From assembly GCA_040437565.1 (NCBI GenBank), contig JBDOQK010000007.1, positions 372,001 to 436,000 of the forward strand: a DNA stretch of 64,000 bases. The letters are read 5' to 3'. Below the pieces are notes generated by a model that was not told where the DNA came from, searched no databases, and saw only the letters and a program-made list of their open reading frames with translations. Origin of the DNA: Albugo candida (lineage: Eukaryota). This document shows positions 22,107-34,309 of this stretch, one piece after another (the stretch's first letter is position 1; every line of letters begins with the position of its first letter). The translations under genes were made by a program, and so were the position numbers.

Positions 22107-24927
22107 TCATTTCCAAGTTGTCTTTTGCGAAGAGCTCAACGCTTTGGATGGTCGGCGGCCTGATTTGACCTGCTCTCTCATTGAAGATATCAAAACAGTC
22201 TCCTTCGCAATGTGTTTAGCGGTGTTTGTTTTAGTATATCGTGCAGGTGCGGATCGGAAAGCAGTCTTTGACTTTGCGGACACCAAAGTATTTTTCGTTG
22301 TTGCTTTAGAAACTTTCGATTCCAGTTTATTGGACTCAGTCGTGTCGCCATGTGTGAGAGATAGGTTCCGACCACTTTGACTGGTTGCAAAATTTGAAGG
22401 TCGACGTTCTGCAAGCGATCGTGATTTCTGGTAATGTGGCTGTGGTGCTATCGATGATACTATCGTCCCTGCTCCATTTTCGGTTTCTGAATGAGCAAAT
22501 TCAGTACTCTCTGAAGTCATGGAGTTGGACAGACGACGAGAAGAAGCAATCACAGACGGCGTTATTGTTTGTGTCTCAGCTTTTTCCAAAAGTGGTTTAC
22601 GTCTGTGTTTTGCCTCTACTTCTCCCTTCAATGGTACCATCGTATCCCCGCGTGAACTTTTCAGATGTTTCAATTCATTTTCAAGACAATTGATCGTATG
22701 CATCATCGTGGCTTTCTCTTTTTGTAAGTGTACAATACTTCCCGATTCAACACTTATTTGTACAGCGCCAAGCTGTACCTGGCTCACACGTGCCCCAAAA
22801 TTCAAAGAGCATATCGTTTCTTCACAATTCTCTTCTTCTGGACTCAGTTGGAGCATCAGAAGCGTCTTGGCTCGTCCAGACAACATATCTCGAAGTGTGA
22901 ATGTTAATTTTGAATTGCGGTAAGGAACATGTTTGGCCTTGTGCTGAAGTGCGTGAATAACGTCTCCTAAAGCTGAGAGCGATTTGTTGATATGTTGTGC
23001 TTCTTTAAGACGATCTCCCACCACCAAGCTTCGGGAAATCCTCTCGGAACCCGCCAAATCGACCAGGCAGAGCTTGCTTTGTTTCAGATCCATTGATGCC
23101 AAGCACTGGCTGGACAAACGAAGAAATAAAAGTGTGTGTGATCTGCTACTTTCCAAATTCATTGAGGTAGCTGCAATAGTTCGATTTGAACTACCCTCAG
23201 TAAGTATTTCTGTCACATCAGACCACTTTGAAACAGATCGCAGTGTCAGGTCGGCTTCAGCTTTTACCAAAGATCCTGTAACGCTGTCCTTGGTTCGCTC
23301 TGCTTGAGGCTGCAACAAGTCCAGCATTTGATCATTATAGATTTCCACCATGCTGACCCGTATGGTGTCATTGTACGAGACTTGGCGCTTTTCGACGACC
23401 GAAAAGACCTGTCGAAGTGCACGTGGAATTACTCCTTCCATTTCGGGTGATGAGCTGTCACCCAGCATCGTATATGTTTTTCCAGAGCCCGTCTGACCAT
23501 ACGCGATAATACAGGCGTTGTGTCCGTCAGTGAAGGAAGATACGATCGGTGCGACTCGCATATATACATCCGTTTGTGACGATGTACTGTCAAGGACTTC
23601 ATCAAAACTATACTCTTTCTCAGTCTTCACAATTAAAATGTTTCCCGGACGAGGAAACAACAGCGCTTGTGATTGATCACCAGAAGGCTTGCAAAGACAA
23701 GTTGATGGACGAACACGACAAAAGACGCGAATGCGCCCAGTAACCTGATGATACTTTTCAGTGATCTGTTGTCGTTGTAAGCGCTCGTGTTGACAGTCTT
23801 CTCGTAGAGATGCTTCACGATATTTCGTCTCTTCATGAAGCGATCTCAGCGATTGTTCGGCCTCTGATATCGTATTTTGAGCTTGCATCAGGCATTGTTC
23901 TCGAAGTTTTGGTGATTCTGATTTCAGTTTCTGCAGCGTTTGTTTCAGAATATCGTTCTCTGCTCTACTCTGTGCTAAAGCTGCTTTTGATGCCTTCCAT
24001 TCTTCTTGATTCTGCTCAAACGCTTTCAATGTGCGTATTTCCAGCTCAGCCACTTCGTACAACTTCTTCAATTCATCAACATTTGATTGCATAAGAATCC
24101 TTTGCTCCCGTTCTCGTTCCAATTCTTTCTCATTCTGCACCAGCGACTTCAAAGTCACTCTGTGAGTAGCTTCAAGCTGAAGAAAGCGTTCATGAATAGC
24201 CGCTTCCTGATCTTCTGCTCTACATACACCACATTAGTAATACTCACGCAGTACGTTCGCTTCAGGTTTCTTACTTCATTTGTTTCGACTGAGATGCCTT
24301 TATTCGAGCGTAGGAAGACACAAGCTCCTTCTCTAGACTGGTTACTTGAGTCAGTAATAATCCTATTTGGTTTTGGACTTGATTCGAGCGTTCCTTCGAC
24401 TCCTTTGGCATAGATCTGAGTTTGATAGAGGTGATCCGATCCAAGATCTCCTCTGCTGTTCGTGACTCAACCTGTGACATTTGTTGTGCCACAATCTCAT
24501 ATTCCCGCTGAGAAAGTATTAAGCTCACATTCGATAAACACGCAAATTTATCAGAATTACAGCTTTTAGGGAGTTTTGTGTTTGAAGGATCGATCCGGTA
24601 CCCTCCCGGTTCCAAGATCAGTGGTACTTGTATCACGTCGTGCCCGTAGAATACATGCTCTTCTGCCTGCAGACACGTCTGCTGATCGAGAAAGTCTAGT
24701 TCTGGATGAAGGATAATCCTCTCATTCAAATGTATCTCGTTGGATGTGCAATCCTGTCCTGAAGGCCACTCGAAGTCATTTGAATGAGCTCTCTGATCCA
24801 CTGCTTTGTCTTCTGATAGAGCGCTTTCTAGAGAAGTCACCTGTGTTGCTTCTACCAATCCTTCTCGTACGTCTGCATAAACCGCGCTTTGCGCGACCGC
24901 TAGCGGAGGACCAAGATTCCCTATCAT
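22107..24927 (-). CDS. Kinesin-14 (KIFC3-like) motor with N-terminal coiled coil; intron 24220-24274; 5' end uncertain
   Basis: Neck-motor GRIRVFCRVRP, P-loop AYGQTGSGKTYTM, switch I SSRSH, switch II LVDLAGSER, HVPYRNSKLT. The GT-AG intron joins the 218-aa ORF in frame. Confidence 0.92.
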
Positions 24928-25082
24928 GATATTCTCTACTATCTTGCCACTTTCTTGTACCGGAATGCGGTAGAGGAGCGATCATACTTGGAATTTGTAG
25001 CAGCTGTCATTGACTGGATGATTGAGCATTTGGATTGGCTATAAAGGTACATGCGCGGGCTTACATTGGCTAATTGAAGTGG

Positions 25083-25276
25083 ACCGAGCGCTGGAAGAAT
25101 TATGAAGTCGGATGAAGCAGTAGTCAGAANNNNNNNNNNNNNNNNNNNNNNNNNNNNNNNNNNNNNNNNNNNNNNNNNNNNNNNNNNNNNNNNNNNNNNN
25201 NNNNNNNNNNNNNNNNNNNNNNNNNNNNNACCGAGCGCTGGAAGAATTATGAAGTCGGATGAAGCAGTAGTCAGAA
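25083..25276. other. 100-N gap (25130-25229) with a 47-bp duplicated flank
   Basis: 25083-25129 is identical to 25230-25276. Confidence 0.9.
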
Positions 25277-25427
25277 ACTGATTGAATTGTCCTTTTAATG
25301 TTTGAGCAAAGAAAAAGCGCACAGCTCCTATGCTAAAGTCGACCTTCAGTCACTGACAGAAGTGTCGAACGCTTTTAAGCGAAGGAAAGCCCCCATCTTC
25401 ATTCCCTTGCTTGCAGACAAATGAAAG

Positions 25428-26244
25428 TTACGCTTTGACTGAAGATTTGCGACTACTTCGGCGTTTCGCAAATTCACTGGCACGGCGTTCTTTCTGCTCC
25501 TTTACGCGCTACAGTGCCAAACGGCGAAAAAGGAGCAGCGAAATCAATGCCTCAAGTTAGCTTTTGATCAAATACAAATGTGACTGACGAAAAACGAACC
25601 TGAGCATGCAGACGACTGTATTCAGCAGCTTCTCGCTTCACTTTTTCACGCTGTTGAACCTTGTGTAGCATTCGCTGGCGTTTGTGATGCAACATTCGAG
25701 GGGTCACAAGACGTTGAATCTTTGGAGCTTTGTCGTTCTTCTTTCCGGTCTTGGATACAAATTTACGACGGATAACGTACTTGCGAACATCATCTTCTTT
25801 GCTCAAGTTGAACAATTTTTGAATCTTTGTCTTTCTCTTTGGTCCAAGACGTCGAGGGCACTGAACGTCTGTTAATCCAGCGACTTCCGAGTCTCCAGTT
25901 TTGACCACCACAAGATTAAGCACTGAGAGATCAGGACCCACAATGCATCCCCGGACTGATTTACGCTTTCTTTCTCCTTTACGACGTGGACGGTAGCAAG
26001 ACTTTCCCTTTGAAAGCAATAATCGAACACGAGTGTTGGTCAAAACACCTTGCTTCATCGGGAAACCTTGCTTATCATTTCCCCCGCTAATACGGAAAAT
26101 GAAGCCTTTGAACTCGTCTCCAAGTGCACTTCCATCGACTTCTTGACTGATACGTTTCTCATAAAATGCATGAAGTTTGTGTTCATCATCAATTTCGAGG
26201 ACTTTTTGCGCGCCGGTCAGCGGATTCGCAATGTTAAGCTTCAT
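25428..26244 (-). CDS. RPS6: 40S ribosomal protein S6 (eS6); intron 25509-25599
   Basis: MKLNIANP...[15 protein letters not shown]...[13 protein letters not shown]...RRLGPKR...[11 protein letters not shown]; the last exon ends in the phospho-tail [12 protein letters not shown]. Confidence 0.98.
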
Positions 26245-26351
26245 ATTCAAAAGGACAATGACGCGGCAATCGATTGGCGGAGAGCTGTACAGAAAAGCAA
26301 CGGCAAGGTCCGCTGCTTTTATAAACTCGCAGCTTGTTTCAAAGTTCGTTA

Positions 26352-26362
26352 TGATTGGCTGA
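26352..26362. promoter_or_regulatory. CCAAT box (TGATTGGCTGA) in the short divergent promoter between RPS6 and the next gene
   Basis: Inverted CCAAT in a 224-bp head-to-head interval; a second GATTGG near 26272 and an initiator-like TCATTCC near 26435. Confidence 0.45.
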
Positions 26363-26468
26363 TATTATTTGATTGCAATGATGCAATTCCATAATTAATT
26401 CAAGTTATTTTTGGTATGGCGGGATCGAATGCATTCATTCCGACTGTACAATTAGCGTCCTGACTAGG

Positions 26469-27554
26469 ATGAGCGGATGGTTTACAGAGCAAGTAGACGT
26501 GTCGATGACTTCAATTCATCCCAGCAGCTTTTCATCATTTGAAAAGCAACGGCGAAGGAATAGCGTCAAGACAACAACTTCTAACATTCTCATTGTGGAA
26601 GATGAACGAGGTGGAAGCATTGAATCAATCAAAGCTTTAAAGCAAGACACAATCAGATCGGCCAGCTCTACAGAGTCAGAGCGTGATACGTTGGAGGTCT
26701 CTGAGATCGCGTTTGGCTACGTCTACGACTATCTCTTCCGAAACGGACACAACGATGTGCTTCATTTGCTGCAGCAATCGATAGAAACGGTATGTGGCTG
26801 TATACTGACGTCCTCTGGGATATTTTGTGACATTTGGCTGTAGAACGCTCAATTGGTAAAGATATATAGACAATGTGTTGCCAAAACGTCAAACGGCTGT
26901 GACTGTGGATTAGAACAAAAAGATCTTGATGGTTCCAGGCGAACGATTGAGCAGTTATTAGAAGCACGGCTTGGATTATCAGGTTCTTCTGCCTGCAGCG
27001 GAAATCCGAAAAAGATAAAAAAGCGAAAAAGCGGTCGACCAAGAACAAGTAGAATGTTCATGGCTGAAGTTGAAAAAGCTGATGCGGTTAAAGTTATTAC
27101 CGAGGATCTGATCAACTCTGCCAATCTTCTTAATACGTGTATAGGAAGTGAACAAGAACAGTGTGCGGTCGCGCAAAGTGACGACTCTTGCCCACGAAAA
27201 AGTGTACGATTTGGATTGCCAGGGCGAACACCGACAAAAGAGTATATATTTTTCCGTGATACACCTCCAAAATTTGTGACTGAGACACTGGAGGATGCAA
27301 TCCAGATCAATGAGAAGCTTCGAGATGAGCTTGCTAAAGAACCGGAATCATCACAAGATCGGTATATTGAGCTTCAAAGCAACGATGTCTCCAAGTATAA
27401 CGTTGGGCAAATGATACAAAATCTCGGGCCGGATCATAACCTAACGGGTGTTGTCACTAAAGTATACGGCACTCGGCAATGCGGTAGCAGTGGTCCGGGC
27501 ACTATTGTCATCGATACCTGCATCCAAGGCCCAGTAGCCAGCTCAAGGCTGTAA
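26469..27554 (+). CDS. Hypothetical protein with a LisH-like motif; intron 26790-26843
   Basis: GTATGT...TAG intron joins the 124-aa and 233-aa ORFs in frame; IAFGYVYDYLFRNGHNDVLHLLQQ resembles LisH. Confidence 0.65.
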
Positions 27555-27560
27555 TGTCAT

Positions 27561-30500
27561 CTAGTTTTTGTATAAGAAGATGTTTCGCATTGGTGGTGGG
27601 CGCTCATTTGGCATTATAGACTTGAAGTCTTTTCTTTTCGAGGTAATAGAGCCTGTCACTTCAGTATCTTGTGCTGCAGGAGCTCCATCTGGTGGGCACG
27701 TCCATGTGTCCTGTTCTTTGGGACTCACTTTTGATACAGATGGGACCGTATTGTGCTCCGTAAACTGGTCTTCTGGCTCATGGTCATGATGGATAGACGT
27801 GGAGATCCACCGACAATTGTGGTATTTCGGGTGCCATTGAAGAAAGTATCCTTCCCACAGTTGGATCATTTGTGGACCAGTCCACGGCCAAATGGGCTTT
27901 TCAATCATCGTATAAGCGGCGTTCTCATACTTTTCAAAGTGTCGGAATACGGGAGTCCATAGAGAAACTGTCCACTGGTACACGCAGTTTTGCTCTCTAT
28001 CCAGTCGGCTGTTGTACAAGAATGTTCCAAATTGACCAGAATAAATCGAGTTTGCTATCCACAGAAGGAGGTTTTCCGTGAATTGAAAGGCATACGGGAA
28101 TTGACGGTACACTTGCCAAACAGCGTCCAAGAATTGCAAAAGAATTGGCGAGCTTTTATTCCGATTCAAATCGCAATTGCGATCTCCTCCCATCCGTTCA
28201 GCAAATTTGTGACCGAAAGCACACCAGTCCTTTTCTATCAAGACAGCAAACCCTTCTATAGTGCGGTAGTACGGATCGATGAGCAACTGAGCTAATGAAG
28301 AAAGTTGAGACGTGCGGTCCCAACCATCGCTACAATGAACTAGAACGGAAGATCCTTCAATCTCTAGGGTGCGAGCGATTCTCACTGCACCTTCCAATAT
28401 CAATCGAATGTAATTCAACCAGCCAGTTGATTCCACAGATGTCAGCCATGTACGGTCATCGTCTGGAATCTCACCGGGCAACAATAGCTTCATCAATGCC
28501 AAATATGATGACTGCATGCGATATATATTTGCAATGTTCAAGTGGCAAATCACGGCCCCAGGGTAATCTTGTGCAGTTTCCACGCCTCCTTTACCGAGCA
28601 ATCGGTTCCCCGTAGAGGCTTTTAGCTTTCGAGCATCATATATATAGATCGGTCGCGTAGATGGGGAGGACGTCGATTGATTGACAATAATTTCCGGCAA
28701 GCGGCGATAAAATCCGATCAATAATTGATCCGATAAACTCGAGGTTCCAGCCAATAAATTCCCTAGCAGAGGTTGCCCCGATCTCGCAAGCACACATCGT
28801 CGTCGTCGATGATAATATGTGACCACAGGCAATCGATTCTTAGCTCGAAACGAAGCAACTTCGACGACTTTAGCAAGGCTCATGGATGCTGGAAGGAGTA
28901 ATTTGGCAGGATAAGTGCGGCAAATGGATCCAGAAGAATTTTGAAATAGCTACATGCATCAAATGTCACACGGTTCAATCGAGTTTATCTGAATATCGCA
29001 CCTTGAGGAACGGCAATGCATCCTTTTGATCTCCAAATTGACGCTTATACTCAGCCTCTTCTCGAAATAGATCCCAGCCGTTCTTCTCCCATGGCAGTCT
29101 TCTCGCTGCATACGAAAAAGCAAACGCTCCACTAATCTGCAAATGTTCGCCAGATGATTCAAAATCAAGTGAGCCCACAGCTTCCGACATAGTGTTGTTA
29201 CACGCTCTGTCGGGATCAACATTTGATACTGTTGTGATGCAATCCTTGTTTCTTCTACAGAAAGCTTCCACTTTGAGTCTTTCTCGAGTTGCTATCGCTA
29301 GCGCGCGTGGTATCGTTTGATATCGCTGACTCGAATCGGTACGCGCCTGGATGAGTTTGAGGAGCTTCCTGGTTGTCTCTTCCACTACATCGATTGGAGC
29401 GACGACTACAAGTTGCATGACTCGGACATCTTTGCACGAGATGCAGAGCACAGTTGAAGATTGGTGGATGACGTACATGTCGGAAGGCATTGTGCCTGCC
29501 AGTTGAGCCATTCCGTTGGAAGTGCTACGAAACGGTTTAACGCGACTTGAGTTGGCTGTAATCACATTTACCGAAACGATATCGAAGAAGGGCACATATG
29601 CGGCGGCACCACCACAGCTCCGATGAACTGGGACATAACTGCGCTCGGAAGGGATGAAGAGAACACGATAATTGGTGATGTAGACAGTGCCAGCAACTCT
29701 ACCCCAAAGCTGAGAAACATCGTTCATTTCACCTATTGGACCAGTCAAGAGGAGGACTTCGGCTCTTGCTGCATCAAATTCTCCCGCGATCCAATGATTG
29801 TTTCTTCGCATGCTTCGCAATTGGCTCGAAATTCCTCTTTCTCTGACCTCTACTGACGAAAAACTCGAATGTTTATCAGAGTCATCGAGGGTGGATTTCG
29901 CATTGAGTGCTTTGCTGTTCTCAGAGGTTCTTGTCAGAAGCTTGACAGATTTCGCCGCACAGTAACTTGCAACGGCATATTTGAAGGCTTCTCGCTCTTG
30001 TTCTTGGTCAAATCGAAAATCGATTATCCGTCTCGACTTAAACAGCTCATCGAGGATGATGATACGCACAATTGCAGCCATTTCTTTCCCTTCAACGTCT
30101 TGAATCGACTGGATATCGTCACATTGGAAGCTCCACACGCGATGGATAAACACAGATCGTACACTTATTCGCCCAAAATCACGATCCAATTCGAGCGTAC
30201 AGCGGCTCGTGGCAAACGGTTTCGATGCGAATCGAAGTGTTCGCCTCGATTCCGGCTTTGAATGAATCTGAAATACAGCGAATCGCAAGATTGAGTTTCC
30301 TGATACAAGAGCTCCTCCCTTCCTTTCCCCACGAACGATGAAGCTGTCGTCATAACTCCGAGCGGCAAGGTCACCCAGCATACGTTTTCTCGCTTTACCC
30401 GAGTGATTCTTGACCGAGTCAAAGTTTCCACTTGAAGGACCTGTGACTGACGCGTCTGGATGTAGACTAGTACAATCAAGACTCACTGATCGTAAATTCT

Positions 30501-31860
30501 TTCGCGAGGTCACTTCATATTCATCATCGGAAATCGAGCCCACTACTGAGTTGATCTCCACACTATTTACTTCATCTGTTCTTTTCTCTTCCACACTTCC
30601 TGTGTCCTCTTGAGCCTCAGAGTCGATCGAATTCGCATCATCACTGCTTGGGCGTTTGTCCTTTTCCTCATTCGATCTGTCTTCAAATGTTGGAGCACTT
30701 TCTGACTCTAGAAGACTTTTTGTGGTAAATTTGATGCGACGAAAATGAACTCCGACTCTTTTCATGCTAGACTGCAACCAAGACTTTCTATTATCGTCTA
30801 CGCCAGCCTCATCGTCGTCGTCCATAGAAGCTTCTTGCATCTCTTGCGCTCTGTAATCATCCGAAGGCAGGCTTGAACAGCATCTGAATTGCAGATCCAA
30901 AGCTGCTTGTAGCGTAGATATGCAAAGGTTGCAAACATATACCATGTCATCATGTTTCCCGAAAGATTTCGGCAATAAATGTCGTCGCCATAAACATTTT
31001 GTGCAAAAATAAGCTCCACAACTTCCGCCTGTCGAACATAGAATTAGGAGTTGACAAGTTCAAATTGCGAAAAGGTACATGAGCGGCTTCGATTAAAGGG
31101 TGTGAATGCTTTTCGACATTGTTTACACTCTATTGCCTGGAGGCTTGAACCAGAGACAGAAGATTGCGATACTGCATTTGTTTTTCGATTGTATTGTAAG
31201 CTCTCTGACGTAGCGCAGGTGGCCACTTTCTTCCCCAGCTCATGAATACTTGCTTGTAGGATTAATATGGCTTGCGTGATGATCAACTCGATGTTTTGTT
31301 CCGCTTTCTCGGTTTTTCTCAGTAGACCATCGTCTTGGAAATCCTGCAATGCNNNNNNNNNNNNNNNNNNNNNNNNNNNNNNNNNNNNNNNNNNNNNNNN
31401 NNNNNNNNNNNNNNNNNNNNNNNNNNNNNNNNNNNNNNNNNNNNNNNNNNNNTTTCGATTGTATTGTAAGCTCTCTGACGTAGCGCAGGTGGCCACTTTC
31501 TTCCCCAGCTCATGAATACTTGCTTGTAGGATTAATATGGCTTGCGTGATGATCAACTCGATGTTTTGTTCCGCTTTCTCGGTTTTTCTCAGTAGACCAT
31601 CGTCTTGGAAATCCTGCAATGCCGCAATCAATGCTGCACATAGCTGAACGGGGTCTTTGATCCATGCCGTATCCTTAGAGAAAGCTGAATGTCGTACTTC
31701 ACCATCAAGTAACATTTGTGAAGTCCTGTGGCATTATTTCGTATATTTTAGGCGTTTCACGGTACTTACGAGTTCAGTAGAGAGCCGGTGAAATGGTAGT
31801 AAAGCCGGTGAGGGTATTCAGGTTCACGTTCATTAACAGATGATTTGTCTGACGTTATGG
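27561..31860 (-). CDS. Myotubularin-family phosphoinositide 3-phosphatase with N-terminal FYVE-like finger and PH-GRAM region; introns 28950-29001, 31029-31078 and one near 31727-31770; 5' end uncertain
   Basis: Catalytic HCSDGWDRT, DPYYRT.EGF.VLIEKDW..FGHKF, ICRTYP; GRAM-like GTVYITNYRVLF; spliced Cys-rich finger CKQC...CGSCGAYFCTKC...VCNLC. Confidence 0.9.
31183..31622. other. 100-N gap (31353-31452) with a 170-bp duplicated flank, inside the myotubularin gene
   Basis: 31183-31352 is identical to 31453-31622. Confidence 0.9.
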
Positions 31861-33215
31861 ACTTATCGAGTGCAAAAATTTGCAATCAATTAAGATGATG
31901 CTCTGGGTATTCAGCTATCTGACCTAAGATTGACCGCAGACCTTTAAGAAGATAACAAAGCGAAGATTCACGTATCCTTATGAGCGTATATTAGCTGTCA
32001 TATATAATGCTACGTCATACACGTGAAGCCAAATCATTCCAAGCCTCGATCAGGGGTCAGTGTAATGGTCACACATCGTAGCTAGTCCTGGCTCACACGC
32101 ACTTGACGTTATGCCTCTACAAGCACTCAATAAAGCATGTGTATTGTGTTGCTTGTCTAACGTCATGCTGCTCAGCCTCTTATGATGACAAAAGAGTCAT
32201 TGAGCTTCGAGGTTGCGCAAGGTACACAAAAACGAACCAAGTACTGTGCATCCTTTGATACACGGATAGAAAGCTTAGAGAAAATACAGTCGGGAAAGAG
32301 GGAACAGGAAACTGGACGATACGTATCGACAGAGCACTTATCTATTGCTATAGAGTACAGTAAGCTCGGTATGATAATGATGGCGGAATTCAGAAACGTT
32401 CGTTATGTAGATGAGCCAAGCGTGATGGTCTTGCTTCATAATCTTCTACATTAATGCTGCTCCCGTGTAGACTGAGTCATGAAGACGAATCGTCCAACAT
32501 CTTTGTCACGTCATGTACCAGCCAAGCTACTTCCTCCTGATGATATACGATGCTTTCTCGCGTTGTGCAATCTTTTTCGCATCACTATCTGGTGTCATCT
32601 ATTTGATCCAGGTTAGTACAATTTGCGTGGAGAAAGAGTAGTCCAGCGGGTAATTTGAAACGTAGTCCTTTGTTGGTAGTATCTGACTTTATAGCCCGGA
32701 GGAGGATTTATTTGCACAAAAATCAAGCTACTGCAACGATCGCAAATCGTTACAAACGCCCTCATTCCATGAAATCTGATCACTTTACAGAGCGTTTGCC
32801 CATCCTGATCTATTAGAAACTCTATACAAAAAACAAGGCTTTTTACACGTTTGTGAAGGATCCCCTTTCCAGCTGCATCACCTAACATACTTCGAATTTC
32901 ACCTTAGACAGCGGGAAACTTGTGCACTTCCTGCTCAAAACTGTACCTTTGCATAGGTTTAAGAAACAGCTGTGGTTTGAATGAAACAAGCTTTCAGTAT
33001 TGTTAAGGGGAAGGGCGATAGCCATTCCAATTTGCAGTCAGATTGTTAAAGTGGATCCACTCATTCTGATACTACAGTAGAATCAATACCTTTTGGGAAA
33101 GCCCCTTTTATATGCATATGTACTAGTCTCATTACCTTGATGATATCGAATTGCAGCTCACTTCAGAGTGTCATAATTCAAAATCCACCGCGCTTCATAC
33201 GTTTCCACTTACCCA

Positions 33216-33824
33216 ATGCATTCTTTCTTCAAAACATTGGTACGAACATTTTCGTTCGAAGACAAAGCGTACGTAACAAAAGCTACCAAGACGATCAATG
33301 TACAAGTTGTGGAATGTGCCCGATTTCCGGTATCACAAAACTATGATCATCAATGTGACCGCAGCAGCGAAAATCCTCAGGAAGACGTCAGTAACTCCAG
33401 GTGCTCGATGCAAGCGACATCGGGTTCAGCTACTTGGGACAAAAAACGCGCGAAATGCAAAAATTGTAAACATATTTATCTCATCACATTGAGTCGTCAT
33501 ATTGGCTATTGTTCGGTCGACTGCAAGTCAAATGCTGTTTATTTGAAACATGTGAATCGAGTTATTGAAGCAATGCAGTCAGCGGCACAACAAGAAAACG
33601 AAAAACCCATGAAGAAGACAGTATTAGAGAAGACCAGTTCACATTCACCATCAGCAAAGACGATACATTCGCAGCAGTTGCTTTCAGAAAACATCACCCT
33701 CCCAGCACCATCACTGCACAATTCGAAGAGCTTGCATCGTGATGCGTATTCATTCGGAGAATTCGGACTCGAAGACCGCGTCACTGATGTCGATGTTCAG
33801 TGGGCGTTTAGCGCCATTTACTAA
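33216..33824 (+). CDS. Hypothetical 202-aa protein with a CxxC...YCSxDC (FCS/FLZ-like) zinc motif
   Basis: Single-exon ATG-TAA ORF containing CKNCKHIYLITLSRHIGYCSVDCKS. Confidence 0.7.
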   Translation: MHSFFKTLVRTFSFEDKAYVTKATKTINVQVVECARFPVSQNYDHQCDRSSENPQEDVSNSRCSMQATSGSATWDKKRAKCKNCKHIYLITLSRHIGYCSVDCKSNAVYLKHVNRVIEAMQSAAQQENEKPMKKTVLEKTSSHSPSAKTIHSQQLLSENITLPAPSLHNSKSLHRDAYSFGEFGLEDRVTDVDVQWAFSAIY

Positions 33825-34309
33825 ATTCCACTATTATTAAGGTTTATAGATTTATATCATGTACTATAAGGCACGCAATCAGTATCATACAAAATATATT
33901 GCCACAATACGCGACCAGTTTGTCTGACGTGTCTTCAAATGACCAAATTCAGCTTTTCAAACATACAATAAGTACTCACTATACATATGCCATACGTAGA
34001 CGCCACGTGCCAGTTGATTAAGACACGTGTCATCATAACAGGCACGTCACCAAAGCGCGGACTTTCACCAAAGAGATCATACAAAATGATCCATAATTCT
34101 CTTCCAGGTGTTCAGCTGCGCTGAAACGTCCTTTATACCGTTTCCGTGGAATCATACACATCGTTACCCGATATAGTACACCTTCTCTATTTTGGGTTCC
34201 CCGCAGTTGTATAGAGCAATTGCTTTCTAGCGTTCTTGGATGTGCTCATCACGATAATCTGGTCGTATTCAAACACGTATCACTATAAGTTTCTGCAGGA
34301 TCTGATCTC

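Noticed and set aside
25509-25599. Longer-than-usual RPS6 intron as a snoRNA host
   Set aside because: No C box (RTGATGA) with D box (CTGA) pair and no convincing H/ACA layout.
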